From a virus: 64,000 nt of DNA. The position numbers and the translations under genes are program-made. The notes beneath the pieces were generated by a model that ran no database searches, had not been told where the DNA came from, and saw nothing but the letters and a program-made list of their open reading frames with translations. The stretch is taken from positions 1-64,000 of IMG/VR virus record IMGVR_UViG_3300035204_001027; one strand, written 5' to 3'. Positions 10,040 to 18,554 of the stretch are shown piece after piece (position 1 is the stretch's first letter; each line of letters starts with the position of its first letter).

Positions 10040-10425
10040 AAATAGGATTTACTTGTTCATCTTTCGACTTATTGCATACTGGACATGTCATGATGCTGAA
10101 AGAGAGTAGAGATAATTGTGACAAGTTGATAGTCGGCCTTCAAAATGATCCAACGCTGGATAGGCCAGATAAAAATAAGCCCGTTCAAAGTTATTTTGAA
10201 CGCTACATTCAACTAGAGGCGATAAAATATGTGGACGAAATATGCCCATATGAGACAGAAGAAGACTTAATGAAACTTCTTCGTTATATTCGTCCGGATA
10301 TTAGATTTATAGGAGAAGATTGGGAGGGGAAGATGTTTACGGGCATTGGGCTTGGAATAAAAACTTTTTATAATAAAAGATACGGATACTCGACCTCTGA
10401 GTTAAGAAATAGATTAAAACTATAG
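10036..10425 (+). CDS. cytidylyltransferase (TagD-like)
   Basis: SSFDLLHTGH HxGH motif, IGEDW, YSTSELR. Confidence 0.88.
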   Translation: MKIGFTCSSFDLLHTGHVMMLKESRDNCDKLIVGLQNDPTLDRPDKNKPVQSYFERYIQLEAIKYVDEICPYETEEDLMKLLRYIRPDIRFIGEDWEGKMFTGIGLGIKTFYNKRYGYSTSELRNRLKL

Positions 10426-10470
10426 AATATGTGGATTTAACCTTTCTTGATGTGGATAATAATATAAGGA

Positions 10471-11238
10471 ATGAAATTTTTAGCAATAGGAGATAGTTGC
10501 ACTGATGTATTTATCTATGGAAAATGCGAAAGGATTTGTCCAGAGGCTCCCGTGCCTGTTTTTAATCCCATTAAAGAGAAAACTAATGCGGGTATGGCCG
10601 CTAACGTACAGGCGAATGTGAACGCTCTTGGCGTGGAGTGCGACCTAGTCACTCAGTCGAATGAAATATTAAAAACTAGGTATGTAGATATTAAAACGAA
10701 TCAAATGTTGCTACGGGTTGACGAAAATGATGCGGCAGAAGACAAGTTCAATTATAAGGACATTTCTTGGCGTAAGTATGATGCGGTCTTAGTCTCAAAT
10801 TACGGCAAAGGCTTTCTTCGCGCGTGTGCAATTCGTGACGTATGTCAGTATCATGATAATGTTTATCTCGATAGTAATAAAGTTCATATGAATTGTGATC
10901 TGCCTCTTAATTTAAAATTTTTAAAAATAAATGAACACGAATTAGAAATAAATAAACACTGGAAAGGACACTTGCACAGGAGCCAACACGGAGACAGTTC
11001 TTACAATAGGCCAGCGCAAATAATTGTTACCTACGGACACAAGGGGTGCATGTATATGGGGAAGATGTATCCACCTCCGGAAAGGGTGGTTGCTCAGGAT
11101 TTATCTGGAGCAGGAGACACTTTCTTAGCGGCACTTGCAGTGTCTATGACTAGGGTGGGAGATGCGGAGACAGCCATAGAGTATGCAAATGAATGTGCAA
11201 GCAAAGTGGTAGCGAAAAGGGGAGTAGCCACTCCATAG
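10471..11238 (+). CDS. PfkB-family kinase, heptose 7-phosphate kinase-like (HldE N-terminal half, RfaE1/HldA type)
   Basis: IGDSCTD..YG..ERICPEAPVPV, SNYGKG, DLSGAGDTFLAAL. Confidence 0.85.
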   Translation: MKFLAIGDSCTDVFIYGKCERICPEAPVPVFNPIKEKTNAGMAANVQANVNALGVECDLVTQSNEILKTRYVDIKTNQMLLRVDENDAAEDKFNYKDISWRKYDAVLVSNYGKGFLRACAIRDVCQYHDNVYLDSNKVHMNCDLPLNLKFLKINEHELEINKHWKGHLHRSQHGDSSYNRPAQIIVTYGHKGCMYMGKMYPPPERVVAQDLSGAGDTFLAALAVSMTRVGDAETAIEYANECASKVVAKRGVATP

Positions 11239-11287
11239 AGTTATGCCTTCTGTATGTATCCCTATAAATAAAAATAAAAAAATAAGC

Positions 11288-11515
11288 ATGATTGAGCATT
11301 TGAAAAAAAACTGGATGGGCTGGCTTGGAGCAGCATTAGTTTTATTGGGGTATGTATTTAATGCCCATCACCATACCCTTTGTTGGCCCATATGGATCGT
11401 AGGCAACATTTTAGTAGGCTTTTACTCAATAAATAAAGAAGCTTATTCTACGGCAGTCATGTCTTTCGTCTTAGTTATAATTAACATATATGGCTGGACA
11501 CATTGGATATCATGA
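11288..11515 (+). CDS. small membrane protein, PnuC/SemiSWEET-like
   Basis: three hydrophobic helices, CWPIWIVGN and NIYGWTHW. Confidence 0.5.
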   Translation: MIEHLKKNWMGWLGAALVLLGYVFNAHHHTLCWPIWIVGNILVGFYSINKEAYSTAVMSFVLVIINIYGWTHWIS

Positions 11516-11703
11516 AAACAAAAAGAAAGAAACATAAAACTAAAGACCCAAATTATAATACTTATACCTATGGGAGCAGTAAGTCTCCATTTGATATAGA
11601 ATGGATAAAATATTACAATCCTGTGGAAGGCCGCGATCAAATATTATTTCTCTATAAAAAAAAGCGGAGCAAGACTATTGTCAAGTATAGAATTATGAGG
11701 TGA
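11503..11703 (+). CDS. basic hypothetical protein
   Basis: overlapping ORF in operon. Confidence 0.45.
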   Translation: MDIMKTKRKKHKTKDPNYNTYTYGSSKSPFDIEWIKYYNPVEGRDQILFLYKKKRSKTIVKYRIMR

Positions 11704-12065
11704 TGTATAAATACAAAGCCAAGTTAGTAAGGGTAATAGACGGAGACACCCTAGACGCAATGATTGATCTCGGCTTTAATACTTGGGTTAAGAAGCGTAT
11801 TAGATTATCTAGCATCAACGCTTTCGAAACGCGCACGAGAAATAAAGAAATAAAAAGAAAAGGTTTGGCGGCGAAAGCTAGAGTAGTCGAGATTCTTGAG
11901 CAGAACAATAATGAATTTTTACTTATATCGCATGGGCTTGGTAAATACGGACGATGCCTAGGAGAATTACATATTGAGAAAAATTATATCAAGTCAGAGA
12001 AGTATGAGGGAAAAATAATAAATGAACTCCTTGTGGAAGAGGGGCACGCTGTTAAATACAAATGA
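11700..12065 (+). CDS. thermonuclease (SNase-like) family protein
   Basis: RVIDGDT, IRLSSINAFE, GKYGRCLG, INELLVEEGHA. Confidence 0.88.
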   Translation: MMYKYKAKLVRVIDGDTLDAMIDLGFNTWVKKRIRLSSINAFETRTRNKEIKRKGLAAKARVVEILEQNNNEFLLISHGLGKYGRCLGELHIEKNYIKSEKYEGKIINELLVEEGHAVKYK

Positions 12066-12322
12066 AAAAATATTTTGACCACAGTACGAAGCCAACGACA
12101 TACTGCATCGAACACGAAGGTGACGTTGTTTTTCGAGGCACTTATGAAGATGGTATGTTATTTATTAAGGCTTCAGAAAATGGTGGAAAAATAGACTTTC
12201 TAGATGATTATATCCCTGCGATGCGTAGGCTCCGAAAGTTTTGCCAGAGAGGTTTTAAGTGTGAGAGAGAATTGAGGCGGGAAATAATAAAACTTAAAAA
12301 GGAAATAAAGAATGCCAAATAA
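12062..12322 (+). CDS. hypothetical protein
   Basis: coupled ORF. Confidence 0.55.
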   Translation: MKKYFDHSTKPTTYCIEHEGDVVFRGTYEDGMLFIKASENGGKIDFLDDYIPAMRRLRKFCQRGFKCERELRREIIKLKKEIKNAK

Positions 12323-13022
12323 ACAACCGCATTTGCTTGTTGTAACTCCGTGTAGTGGCGGAGTTGCCCATGTCGGATACATGACTTCATGCCTCGCATT
12401 ACAAAGAAGCTTCTTGAGTAAGGGGTGGAATATAAATTTTAGTTTTAAATCTGGAGCTTTGCTTCATCGCCTCAGAAACGAATTTGTTTTAGAATTTATA
12501 AATGATGATAAATATACTCATCTTCTTATGATTGATTCTGATATTCAATTCTCGGCGGATTCTGTAATTGAGATGTTAAACTTAAATAAGGGGGTGGTTG
12601 CTGGGGTTGTCCCACTAAAGAAATATGTAGATGGAGGTTTAAAATACAATTCTTTAGTTAAAGAGGGTGTTACTCGTTTAGAGTCAGACGGCAGCGTTGA
12701 ATTAAGTTCGACTGGGACAGCTTTCGTTTTAGTAGAGAAAAGCATTTTCGACAAAATAAAACCTCTATGTAAAAAAGTCAAATATACTTCTCAAGATGAA
12801 GATGTGAATCACATATGGGGAGACTCAACGCAGGAATTATGGAGTTTTTTTGATTTTCCTCTTGATGAAAATCTTGTAGAGATGGGGGAAGATATTTCTT
12901 TTTGCAGAAAGCTCTCGGAAGCGGGTATCTCAATTTGGGCTATGCCCAGTGAAAGCTTCACACATTGGGGTATTAATAATTATCAAGGAAATACAATGAG
13001 TTTCCTCACGACAGGGAAATAA
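12312..13022 (+). CDS. GT-A fold glycosyltransferase (GT2-like)
   Basis: RNEFV, LLMIDSDI DxD, GTAFVLV, GEDISFC. Confidence 0.78.
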   Translation: MPNKQPHLLVVTPCSGGVAHVGYMTSCLALQRSFLSKGWNINFSFKSGALLHRLRNEFVLEFINDDKYTHLLMIDSDIQFSADSVIEMLNLNKGVVAGVVPLKKYVDGGLKYNSLVKEGVTRLESDGSVELSSTGTAFVLVEKSIFDKIKPLCKKVKYTSQDEDVNHIWGDSTQELWSFFDFPLDENLVEMGEDISFCRKLSEAGISIWAMPSESFTHWGINNYQGNTMSFLTTGK

Positions 13023-13062
13023 ATACTTGACAAAAAGTTTAAAAATATGTTATCATATTAAT

Positions 13063-13200
13063 ATGAGAGAATGGTTACAAAAAGTAGAGAGAAAGCTGGA
13101 TAAATGCAATCACCTCATGGAGCTAATGAGAACCTCGCTTGCGCTTTGTACCCTTGCTTTACAGGCTATAATCTTATTAAAACTTTTTAATATAATATGA
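13063..13200 (+). CDS. 45-aa membrane peptide (not in ORF track)
   Basis: ATG 6 nt after promoter 13027-13056; MREWLQKVERKLDKCNHLMELMRTSLALCTLALQAIILLKLFNII. Confidence 0.55.
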   Translation: MREWLQKVERKLDKCNHLMELMRTSLALCTLALQAIILLKLFNII

Positions 13201-13832
13201 AGAAAGACTATATACCATTACAAAACGGCGACGGAGAACTGGAAGCCTACTTTTTAAAAAATAAATCCAAAGAGCCAAATAAAGAAGCTTTACCAGAGGA
13301 CGCTTATGGCCTTTCTCCTATTATTGAAGACGCCGATGCGAGCGCGGAACACGAATTGCCGCAGTCTTGGATAGAACCCATTCCTCTCTGTGGGCCTTCT
13401 GTTCATGGTGTATCTGGGTGTTGCCCCATAGGAGAGAAGGGGGAAGTGGGAGAAGTAGGTGTTCCAGCACCTCACCCGCTCAATCCCCTCAATGAGGAAC
13501 ACATGGTCGATCAACTGGGGAAACCACCCACCACAGAAGAAAAAGAAGCTTTTTTCAAAAAGGTCATGGGCAAGCTCAAAGGATGGACTACACCAGCGAA
13601 AACAGCGCAGCTTGATGATTCAATAGAGGAAGATGTGGTTAACGACCTTGTTGCGGGTAGGGTTTATAAAATAAAAGGATTAAACATCATAGCGAGGTAT
13701 AAGATGACTCTGGAAACAGGTCACATCGTTATGAGTTTCCACGGGCATAGATTCCTTGTAGTTAAGGAGGATAACATGGTGCTTAAAGCAGGTACAAATG
13801 AGGTGGAAAAATACCTAAATAAGATATTGTGA
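13197..13832 (+). CDS. hypothetical protein
   Basis: 211-aa ORF with short Gly-X-Y stretch. Confidence 0.65.
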   Translation: MKKDYIPLQNGDGELEAYFLKNKSKEPNKEALPEDAYGLSPIIEDADASAEHELPQSWIEPIPLCGPSVHGVSGCCPIGEKGEVGEVGVPAPHPLNPLNEEHMVDQLGKPPTTEEKEAFFKKVMGKLKGWTTPAKTAQLDDSIEEDVVNDLVAGRVYKIKGLNIIARYKMTLETGHIVMSFHGHRFLVVKEDNMVLKAGTNEVEKYLNKIL

Positions 13833-14140
13833 AAACATTTTGTGTGAATCTTGACGGCTGGAAGCGAGACGTTGAAATAGATGATTCTATATTCGATAAA
13901 TATTCTGACATGGCTACCGAAGCAGCAACCATTGCACTGGAGTCTCGTTACAAGTCTAATAAACCGCAAGAAATAAGTTGGTTTATCGTCGTATCAGAAA
14001 AGGGATATGAGGATGACCCAAATAAAATAATTATTATACTTACTGAACATATTTTACGCAATGCTGGTTATCATAATGATGCCGAGACATTAAAAACAAA
14101 TATTTCTGACGAAATAAGAAAGATAAATGGGCTAGAATGA
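13829..14140 (+). CDS. hypothetical protein
   Basis: coupled ORF. Confidence 0.6.
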   Translation: MKTFCVNLDGWKRDVEIDDSIFDKYSDMATEAATIALESRYKSNKPQEISWFIVVSEKGYEDDPNKIIIILTEHILRNAGYHNDAETLKTNISDEIRKINGLE

Positions 14141-14748
14141 AATCTCACAACGACTTTTTTTTAACAGACAGAAGTGATAAAAACTTTCTAAATTATTATT
14201 GGTTTGAGAATGGTTTTTCTGAAAACGAAATACAAAAGATTGAGAGCCAAATAAAAGAAGACAACGTAGAATTAGATGACGGAGTTATTTTCGCTGACAA
14301 AGACAATTTAGAAAGCATACATAAAGTTAGAAAGAGCAAAATTACTTGGCTACAAGAAAAGGATGAGTGGCAATGGCTTTATGATAAGTTTATAGAGCTA
14401 ACAGGGATTAGTAATAAGGCCATGTGGCAGTCAGAATTAGTAGGAATGACAGAGAAGATTCAGTATTCTCATTACTACGGAGATGGCGGTCATTATAGTT
14501 GGCATATGGATTTAGGTAATGGTCATGCAGCTAGGAGAAAAATAACCATAGTAGTTCAACTATCTGACCCAGATGATTACGAAGGTGGGGATTTAGAATT
14601 TATGCTACGAGCAGACCCAACGACAGTACCGAAAAATAAGGGTGCAGTAGTTTTGTTTCCCTCATGGATGCTTCATCGGGTAACGCCTGTAACGAAAGGA
14701 TTAAGAAAATCCTTGGTTGCTTGGGTAAGTGGCCCAAGCTGGAAATAG
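14137..14748 (+). CDS. 2OG-Fe(II) oxygenase (PKHD/prolyl hydroxylase-like)
   Basis: YSWHMD HxD, YEGGDL, FPSWMLHRVTPV...RKSLV. Confidence 0.9.
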   Translation: MKSHNDFFLTDRSDKNFLNYYWFENGFSENEIQKIESQIKEDNVELDDGVIFADKDNLESIHKVRKSKITWLQEKDEWQWLYDKFIELTGISNKAMWQSELVGMTEKIQYSHYYGDGGHYSWHMDLGNGHAARRKITIVVQLSDPDDYEGGDLEFMLRADPTTVPKNKGAVVLFPSWMLHRVTPVTKGLRKSLVAWVSGPSWK

Positions 14749-15474
14749 CTATTTCTTCTTTTTCGCCGCTTTTTTCTTACCCGTTTTCTTTGCTGCTAAT
14801 ACTGAAGCTCGCTTGCTTTTTGATTCGATAGTTTTTTTGACAGCTTTTTTACTGGTGTTGCGCCTCTTTGGTTTCGGCTCTGGTTTACTCTTTAATTTGC
14901 TATGGATTACCCAGCCTTGGTAAAATACCGTCAGTAATAAAAAAATGATTAAATAAGTCATAATAAGTTTGCCCGTAGTTATTTCTTCTATATTATGTGA
15001 ATTTTCTACCTTTATCTCTACATTTTCTTCACTCTCTGGAAGATTAGGTATTAGATTTATGGGTGTGTGAGGAGGCAAGTTGGTTACTGCTTCACGGACA
15101 GTGGGTTGAAATGTCGATGGTTCCCCTTTTGCCCCTTTAACGTCTACGGGGGGAACTTTACCTATTGCTGATTTAGGGGTAAATTCTGTTGGCTTGACCT
15201 TAACGGGTGGAAATTTTACAGGCTTACTTGGTGGCTGCTTAATTTCTATGGGGTCGATTTTTATGGGGTCGATTTTTATGGGGTCGATTTTTATGGGGTC
15301 GATTTTTATGGGAGGAGTTTTTTTTTCTGGATACTCCGCTCCCTTTAGTCTCCATATTCCGTCTGGGCCTTTTATGAGGTTCCCCGTATTAAGACCAGTG
15401 CCTCGTTTGGTAATGCACCCAGAAATAAATGCGAAACACAAGAGGCCAAATAAGCATATTATTGTTTTTTGCAT
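14749..15474 (-). CDS. probable lipoprotein/membrane protein with Pro-rich linker and Lys-rich tail
   Basis: signal peptide ending ISGC, (IKIDP)n, TM helix, basic C-terminus. Confidence 0.65.
   Translation of the reverse strand: MQKTIICLFGLLCFAFISGCITKRGTGLNTGNLIKGPDGIWRLKGAEYPEKKTPPIKIDPIKIDPIKIDPIKIDPIEIKQPPSKPVKFPPVKVKPTEFTPKSAIGKVPPVDVKGAKGEPSTFQPTVREAVTNLPPHTPINLIPNLPESEENVEIKVENSHNIEEITTGKLIMTYLIIFLLLTVFYQGWVIHSKLKSKPEPKPKRRNTSKKAVKKTIESKSKRASVLAAKKTGKKKAAKKKK
15247..15312. repeat. 15-bp coding tandem repeat, about 4.4 copies
   Basis: TATGGGGTCGATTTT, encodes IKIDP on - strand. Confidence 0.9.
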
Positions 15475-15593
15475 CTTTTTCGCGGCCCTCCTTGGCCCCT
15501 GTACCTTTTCATCCCTTTGCTATTCGTTCCGCATCCTTGCCTCGTCTTTTTGCCTCTGGGCTTTTGGTAGCCCAGTGTATCTTTTTTAGCCAT
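15459..15593 (-). CDS. 44-aa basic peptide (not in ORF track)
   Basis: MAKKDTLGYQKPRGKKTRQGCGTNSKGMKRYRGQGGPRKRCKKQ. Confidence 0.6.
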   Translation of the reverse strand: MAKKDTLGYQKPRGKKTRQGCGTNSKGMKRYRGQGGPRKRCKKQ

Positions 15594-15678
15594 TTTATTT
15601 TTATTCTTTTTTATTCAATCAGGCTCCAAACAGCAGAGCCTATTGCTACCAGTGAGACTGCAAAAAGGGGTTCCATAT

Positions 15679-16113
15679 TTAAGTTTTTCTTGCTGCCGCT
15701 GCATTACCGAAGTAAAACCCAACGATTGCCGTGAGAGTTTGATATACTTCATCTGCCAAGAGATAGGCTGGAAGCTCAATAAACTCTATTGATGAACCTC
15801 CACCGAATAAACCAAAAAGGTACTCTGCTCCTTCTGTTGGTACTTCTACGATAGTTGTCATACCTAATAAGGAAAGAATGAAGGGGGCCATAATCGCTCC
15901 GAAAAGTATAAATATTACAATTAAACGCCTGACCCATTTGCCTATATCTATTGGTACTCTTTTTGCGGCTGCATCGGCAGCTTTCATTTCGAGTTCTTTC
16001 ATGCCCGCTGCGCGTTTATATATTTCGTGACGTTCTTTTGCGCGTTCAGACATATAACGGAATACGAAACCCGTAAGGCTTCCTCCCAGCATGGTAAGTA
16101 ATTCGATAGGCAC
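15679..16113 (-). CDS. holin-like membrane protein
   Basis: hydrophobic segments, WVRRLI, C-terminal IVGFYFG plus basic end. Confidence 0.55.
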   Translation of the reverse strand: MPIELLTMLGGSLTGFVFRYMSERAKERHEIYKRAAGMKELEMKAADAAAKRVPIDIGKWVRRLIVIFILFGAIMAPFILSLLGMTTIVEVPTEGAEYLFGLFGGGSSIEFIELPAYLLADEVYQTLTAIVGFYFGNAAAARKT

Positions 16114-16222
16114 GTTATTAATTACACTTAATGCGCTCGAAAGACGAGGTATAGCGAGAAAAACACGACCTTTTAAAAAAAGTGCTTGACATTAGTTAAA
16201 AAAGTATGTTAGTATTAGGAAG

Positions 16223-17428
16223 ATGAGCGAAACGAAACTACCTACATTATACAAACGAACCACTGTTGGAAAGGTTCAAGAGTGGACTATCGAAGTGGTC
16301 GATGACAAATTCCGTACAATTTCTGGACAGCAGGACGGCAAGAAGATTACAAACAAGTGGACAATTTGCACCCCAAAGAACGTGGGTAAGGCTAATGCAA
16401 CCACTGGAGCAGAGCAAGCACTTAAAGAGGCAGAGGCGAAACATCAGAAGAAATCTGAAGCGGGTTATCGTCTCTCCGTAAGCAACATAGACAAGAAGAA
16501 ATTTTATGTGCCTATGCTGGCGAAAGATTTCAAAGATAAGAATCGCCAGAAAGAAGTGCTGGGCGAGATTGGTTCAGAAGAAGATAACACAACTGGATTC
16601 GGTGCGCCCGTATTCTCTCAACCCAAGCTAGACGGCATACGTTGTATCGCCATGCGTGAGGGATTGTTTACCCGTACTGGTAAGGAGATTACTGCCGTGC
16701 CTCATATTCACGAAGCACTAAAGCCACTCTTTGAGAAGTATCCTAATGCTACTCTTGACGGTGAATTGTATAATCATGCTTACAAAGATGATTTCAACAA
16801 AATCATTCATCTCGTTCGCAAGCAAAATCTTACAGAAGAACATCTTGTAGAGAGTAAGGAGATGATTCAATACCACATTTATGACGCTCCCGTGATAGGC
16901 AAGGATAATCCATTCCGTAAAGGTGGATGTTATACGGAGAAGGATTTGTTTTCAGATAGGACTTCAGTTTTGGATGCTCAATTTCCAAATTTGGGTTTAG
17001 ATAAAGAAGATTGTCTTGTGATAGTGGAGACTACCGAAGTAGACAGTAGAGAACATCTTGATGAATTGTATGGAGAATATGTTGAGTATGGTTACGAAGG
17101 ACAAATGATTAGGCTCGATGGGCCTTACGAGAATAAACGCTCGGCAAAGTTGCTCAAGCGAAAAGACTTCATCGACGAAGAATATGAGATTCTTGGATAT
17201 GACGAAGGAATCGGCAATCGCAAGGGAACAGTAAAGAGTTTTAAATTTAAGACCAAAGAAGGCAGGAGCTTTAGCTCAAATGTTAAGGGTACATTTGAAT
17301 ACCTAACAGAGTTGTTAGAGAAAGCGGATGATTTAATAGGTAAAGAAGCTACGATTAAGTATTTTAATCTCACGCCTGACGGTGTGCCTCGTTTCCCCTA
17401 TGTAATTGCGATTAGAGATTATGAGTAA
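16223..17428 (+). CDS. ATP-dependent DNA ligase
   Basis: QPKLDGIRC (KxDG), LDGELY, YEGQMIR, LLKRK, PRFP; promoter 16186-16215. Confidence 0.95.
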   Translation: MSETKLPTLYKRTTVGKVQEWTIEVVDDKFRTISGQQDGKKITNKWTICTPKNVGKANATTGAEQALKEAEAKHQKKSEAGYRLSVSNIDKKKFYVPMLAKDFKDKNRQKEVLGEIGSEEDNTTGFGAPVFSQPKLDGIRCIAMREGLFTRTGKEITAVPHIHEALKPLFEKYPNATLDGELYNHAYKDDFNKIIHLVRKQNLTEEHLVESKEMIQYHIYDAPVIGKDNPFRKGGCYTEKDLFSDRTSVLDAQFPNLGLDKEDCLVIVETTEVDSREHLDELYGEYVEYGYEGQMIRLDGPYENKRSAKLLKRKDFIDEEYEILGYDEGIGNRKGTVKSFKFKTKEGRSFSSNVKGTFEYLTELLEKADDLIGKEATIKYFNLTPDGVPRFPYVIAIRDYE

Positions 17429-17612
17429 ACTAAAGAATAGATATTGTGTTCATTTCCATTGTGGTATCAGTCCATATCATTGGGAGGAGTATGTTAATGC
17501 GCGAGACGAGAGAGGCGCGGAGTATGAAGCCAGAAAGGTTTTTAATTATCACGGTAAACCATTGGGCTGGGTAGATAACATAGAGCTTCTTGAAGAAGGG
17601 ACTAGACATTAA
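17421..17612 (+). CDS. hypothetical protein
   Basis: coupled small ORF. Confidence 0.55.
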   Translation: MSKLKNRYCVHFHCGISPYHWEEYVNARDERGAEYEARKVFNYHGKPLGWVDNIELLEEGTRH

Positions 17613-17613
17613 T

Positions 17614-18009
17614 ATGGATAAAAAATTATATTTAATTAGAGGTGCGTCAGGCGCGGGAAAGAGTTCGTTCGTCAAGTCGCTCATGGATAAAAATTCTGTT
17701 GCCTTGTCATCGGACGATTGGATGATAAAGAAGGGCAAGTATGAGTTTAACAAGAATAGGCTCGTTATCGTCCATAAAATTTGTATCGACCAGACCGAGA
17801 AAAAGATGGAGAATAGAGTGCAGAAGGTATTTGTGCATAATACATTTACTACAAATGCCGAGCTAAAGCCTTATTACAAACTAGCAGAGAAGCATGGCTA
17901 CAAAGTGTTTTCCATAGTCATGGAGAACAGGCACGAAGGTGAGTCAGTGCATGGTGTAGAGCCAGAGGCACTGGCGGCACAAAAACAAAGATTCCAAATT
18001 AAATTATGA
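17614..18009 (+). CDS. P-loop kinase (AAA_33 / polynucleotide-kinase-like)
   Basis: IRGASGAGKS Walker A, VHNTFT, ENRH...HGV. Confidence 0.8.
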   Translation: MDKKLYLIRGASGAGKSSFVKSLMDKNSVALSSDDWMIKKGKYEFNKNRLVIVHKICIDQTEKKMENRVQKVFVHNTFTTNAELKPYYKLAEKHGYKVFSIVMENRHEGESVHGVEPEALAAQKQRFQIKL

Positions 18010-18299
18010 GCGCAGTAGTAAATTATTTGAAAGAAAATTATGAGCATGACATCGACAAGATTTTGCTTGCTGATGGATTTGAAGAGGCTTTTATGGGTGT
18101 TGTGGAGAGTTTTGGGCAAAAGCCAAGGGCTTGCTATGACAGTCAAAAATGTTTAGATATTCTCGTTAAGAGAGACGGTATGACTCTTGAAGGGGCGTTA
18201 GAATATATGAACTTTAATGTGACACAAGCATACGTTGGGGAATACACGCCAGCGTTTATGTTTCCCTTTGATAAGGAATGGGACAGTGTAGATTTTTAA
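18006..18299 (+). CDS. phage hypothetical protein
   Basis: coupled ORF. Confidence 0.7.
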   Translation: MSAVVNYLKENYEHDIDKILLADGFEEAFMGVVESFGQKPRACYDSQKCLDILVKRDGMTLEGALEYMNFNVTQAYVGEYTPAFMFPFDKEWDSVDF

Positions 18300-18301
18300 G
18301 A

Positions 18302-18520
18302 ATGAAATATATTATTACATTATCATTATTGTCGCTTGTAGGCTGCAAATGCTTTCAATGCGAGGAACCATCATATCAAGGGCCACCAGAGTTCAAACCT
18401 CTGCCGCCAGAGAAACTTCACGACTTGCTTCATGTATCGGAGGTTTACGCATATAAAAGTGTGACAATTAAAGATTACATTGGCGAGGAGGAAAATTGTG
18501 GACAAACGGAATCTCTATGA
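18302..18520 (+). CDS. putative small lipoprotein
   Basis: MKYIITLSLLSLVGC lipobox. Confidence 0.5.
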   Translation: MKYIITLSLLSLVGCKCFQCEEPSYQGPPEFKPLPPEKLHDLLHVSEVYAYKSVTIKDYIGEEENCGQTESL

Positions 18521-18554
18521 GGGTTATTGGGAAGGATTATTAAGGTTTAACAAA

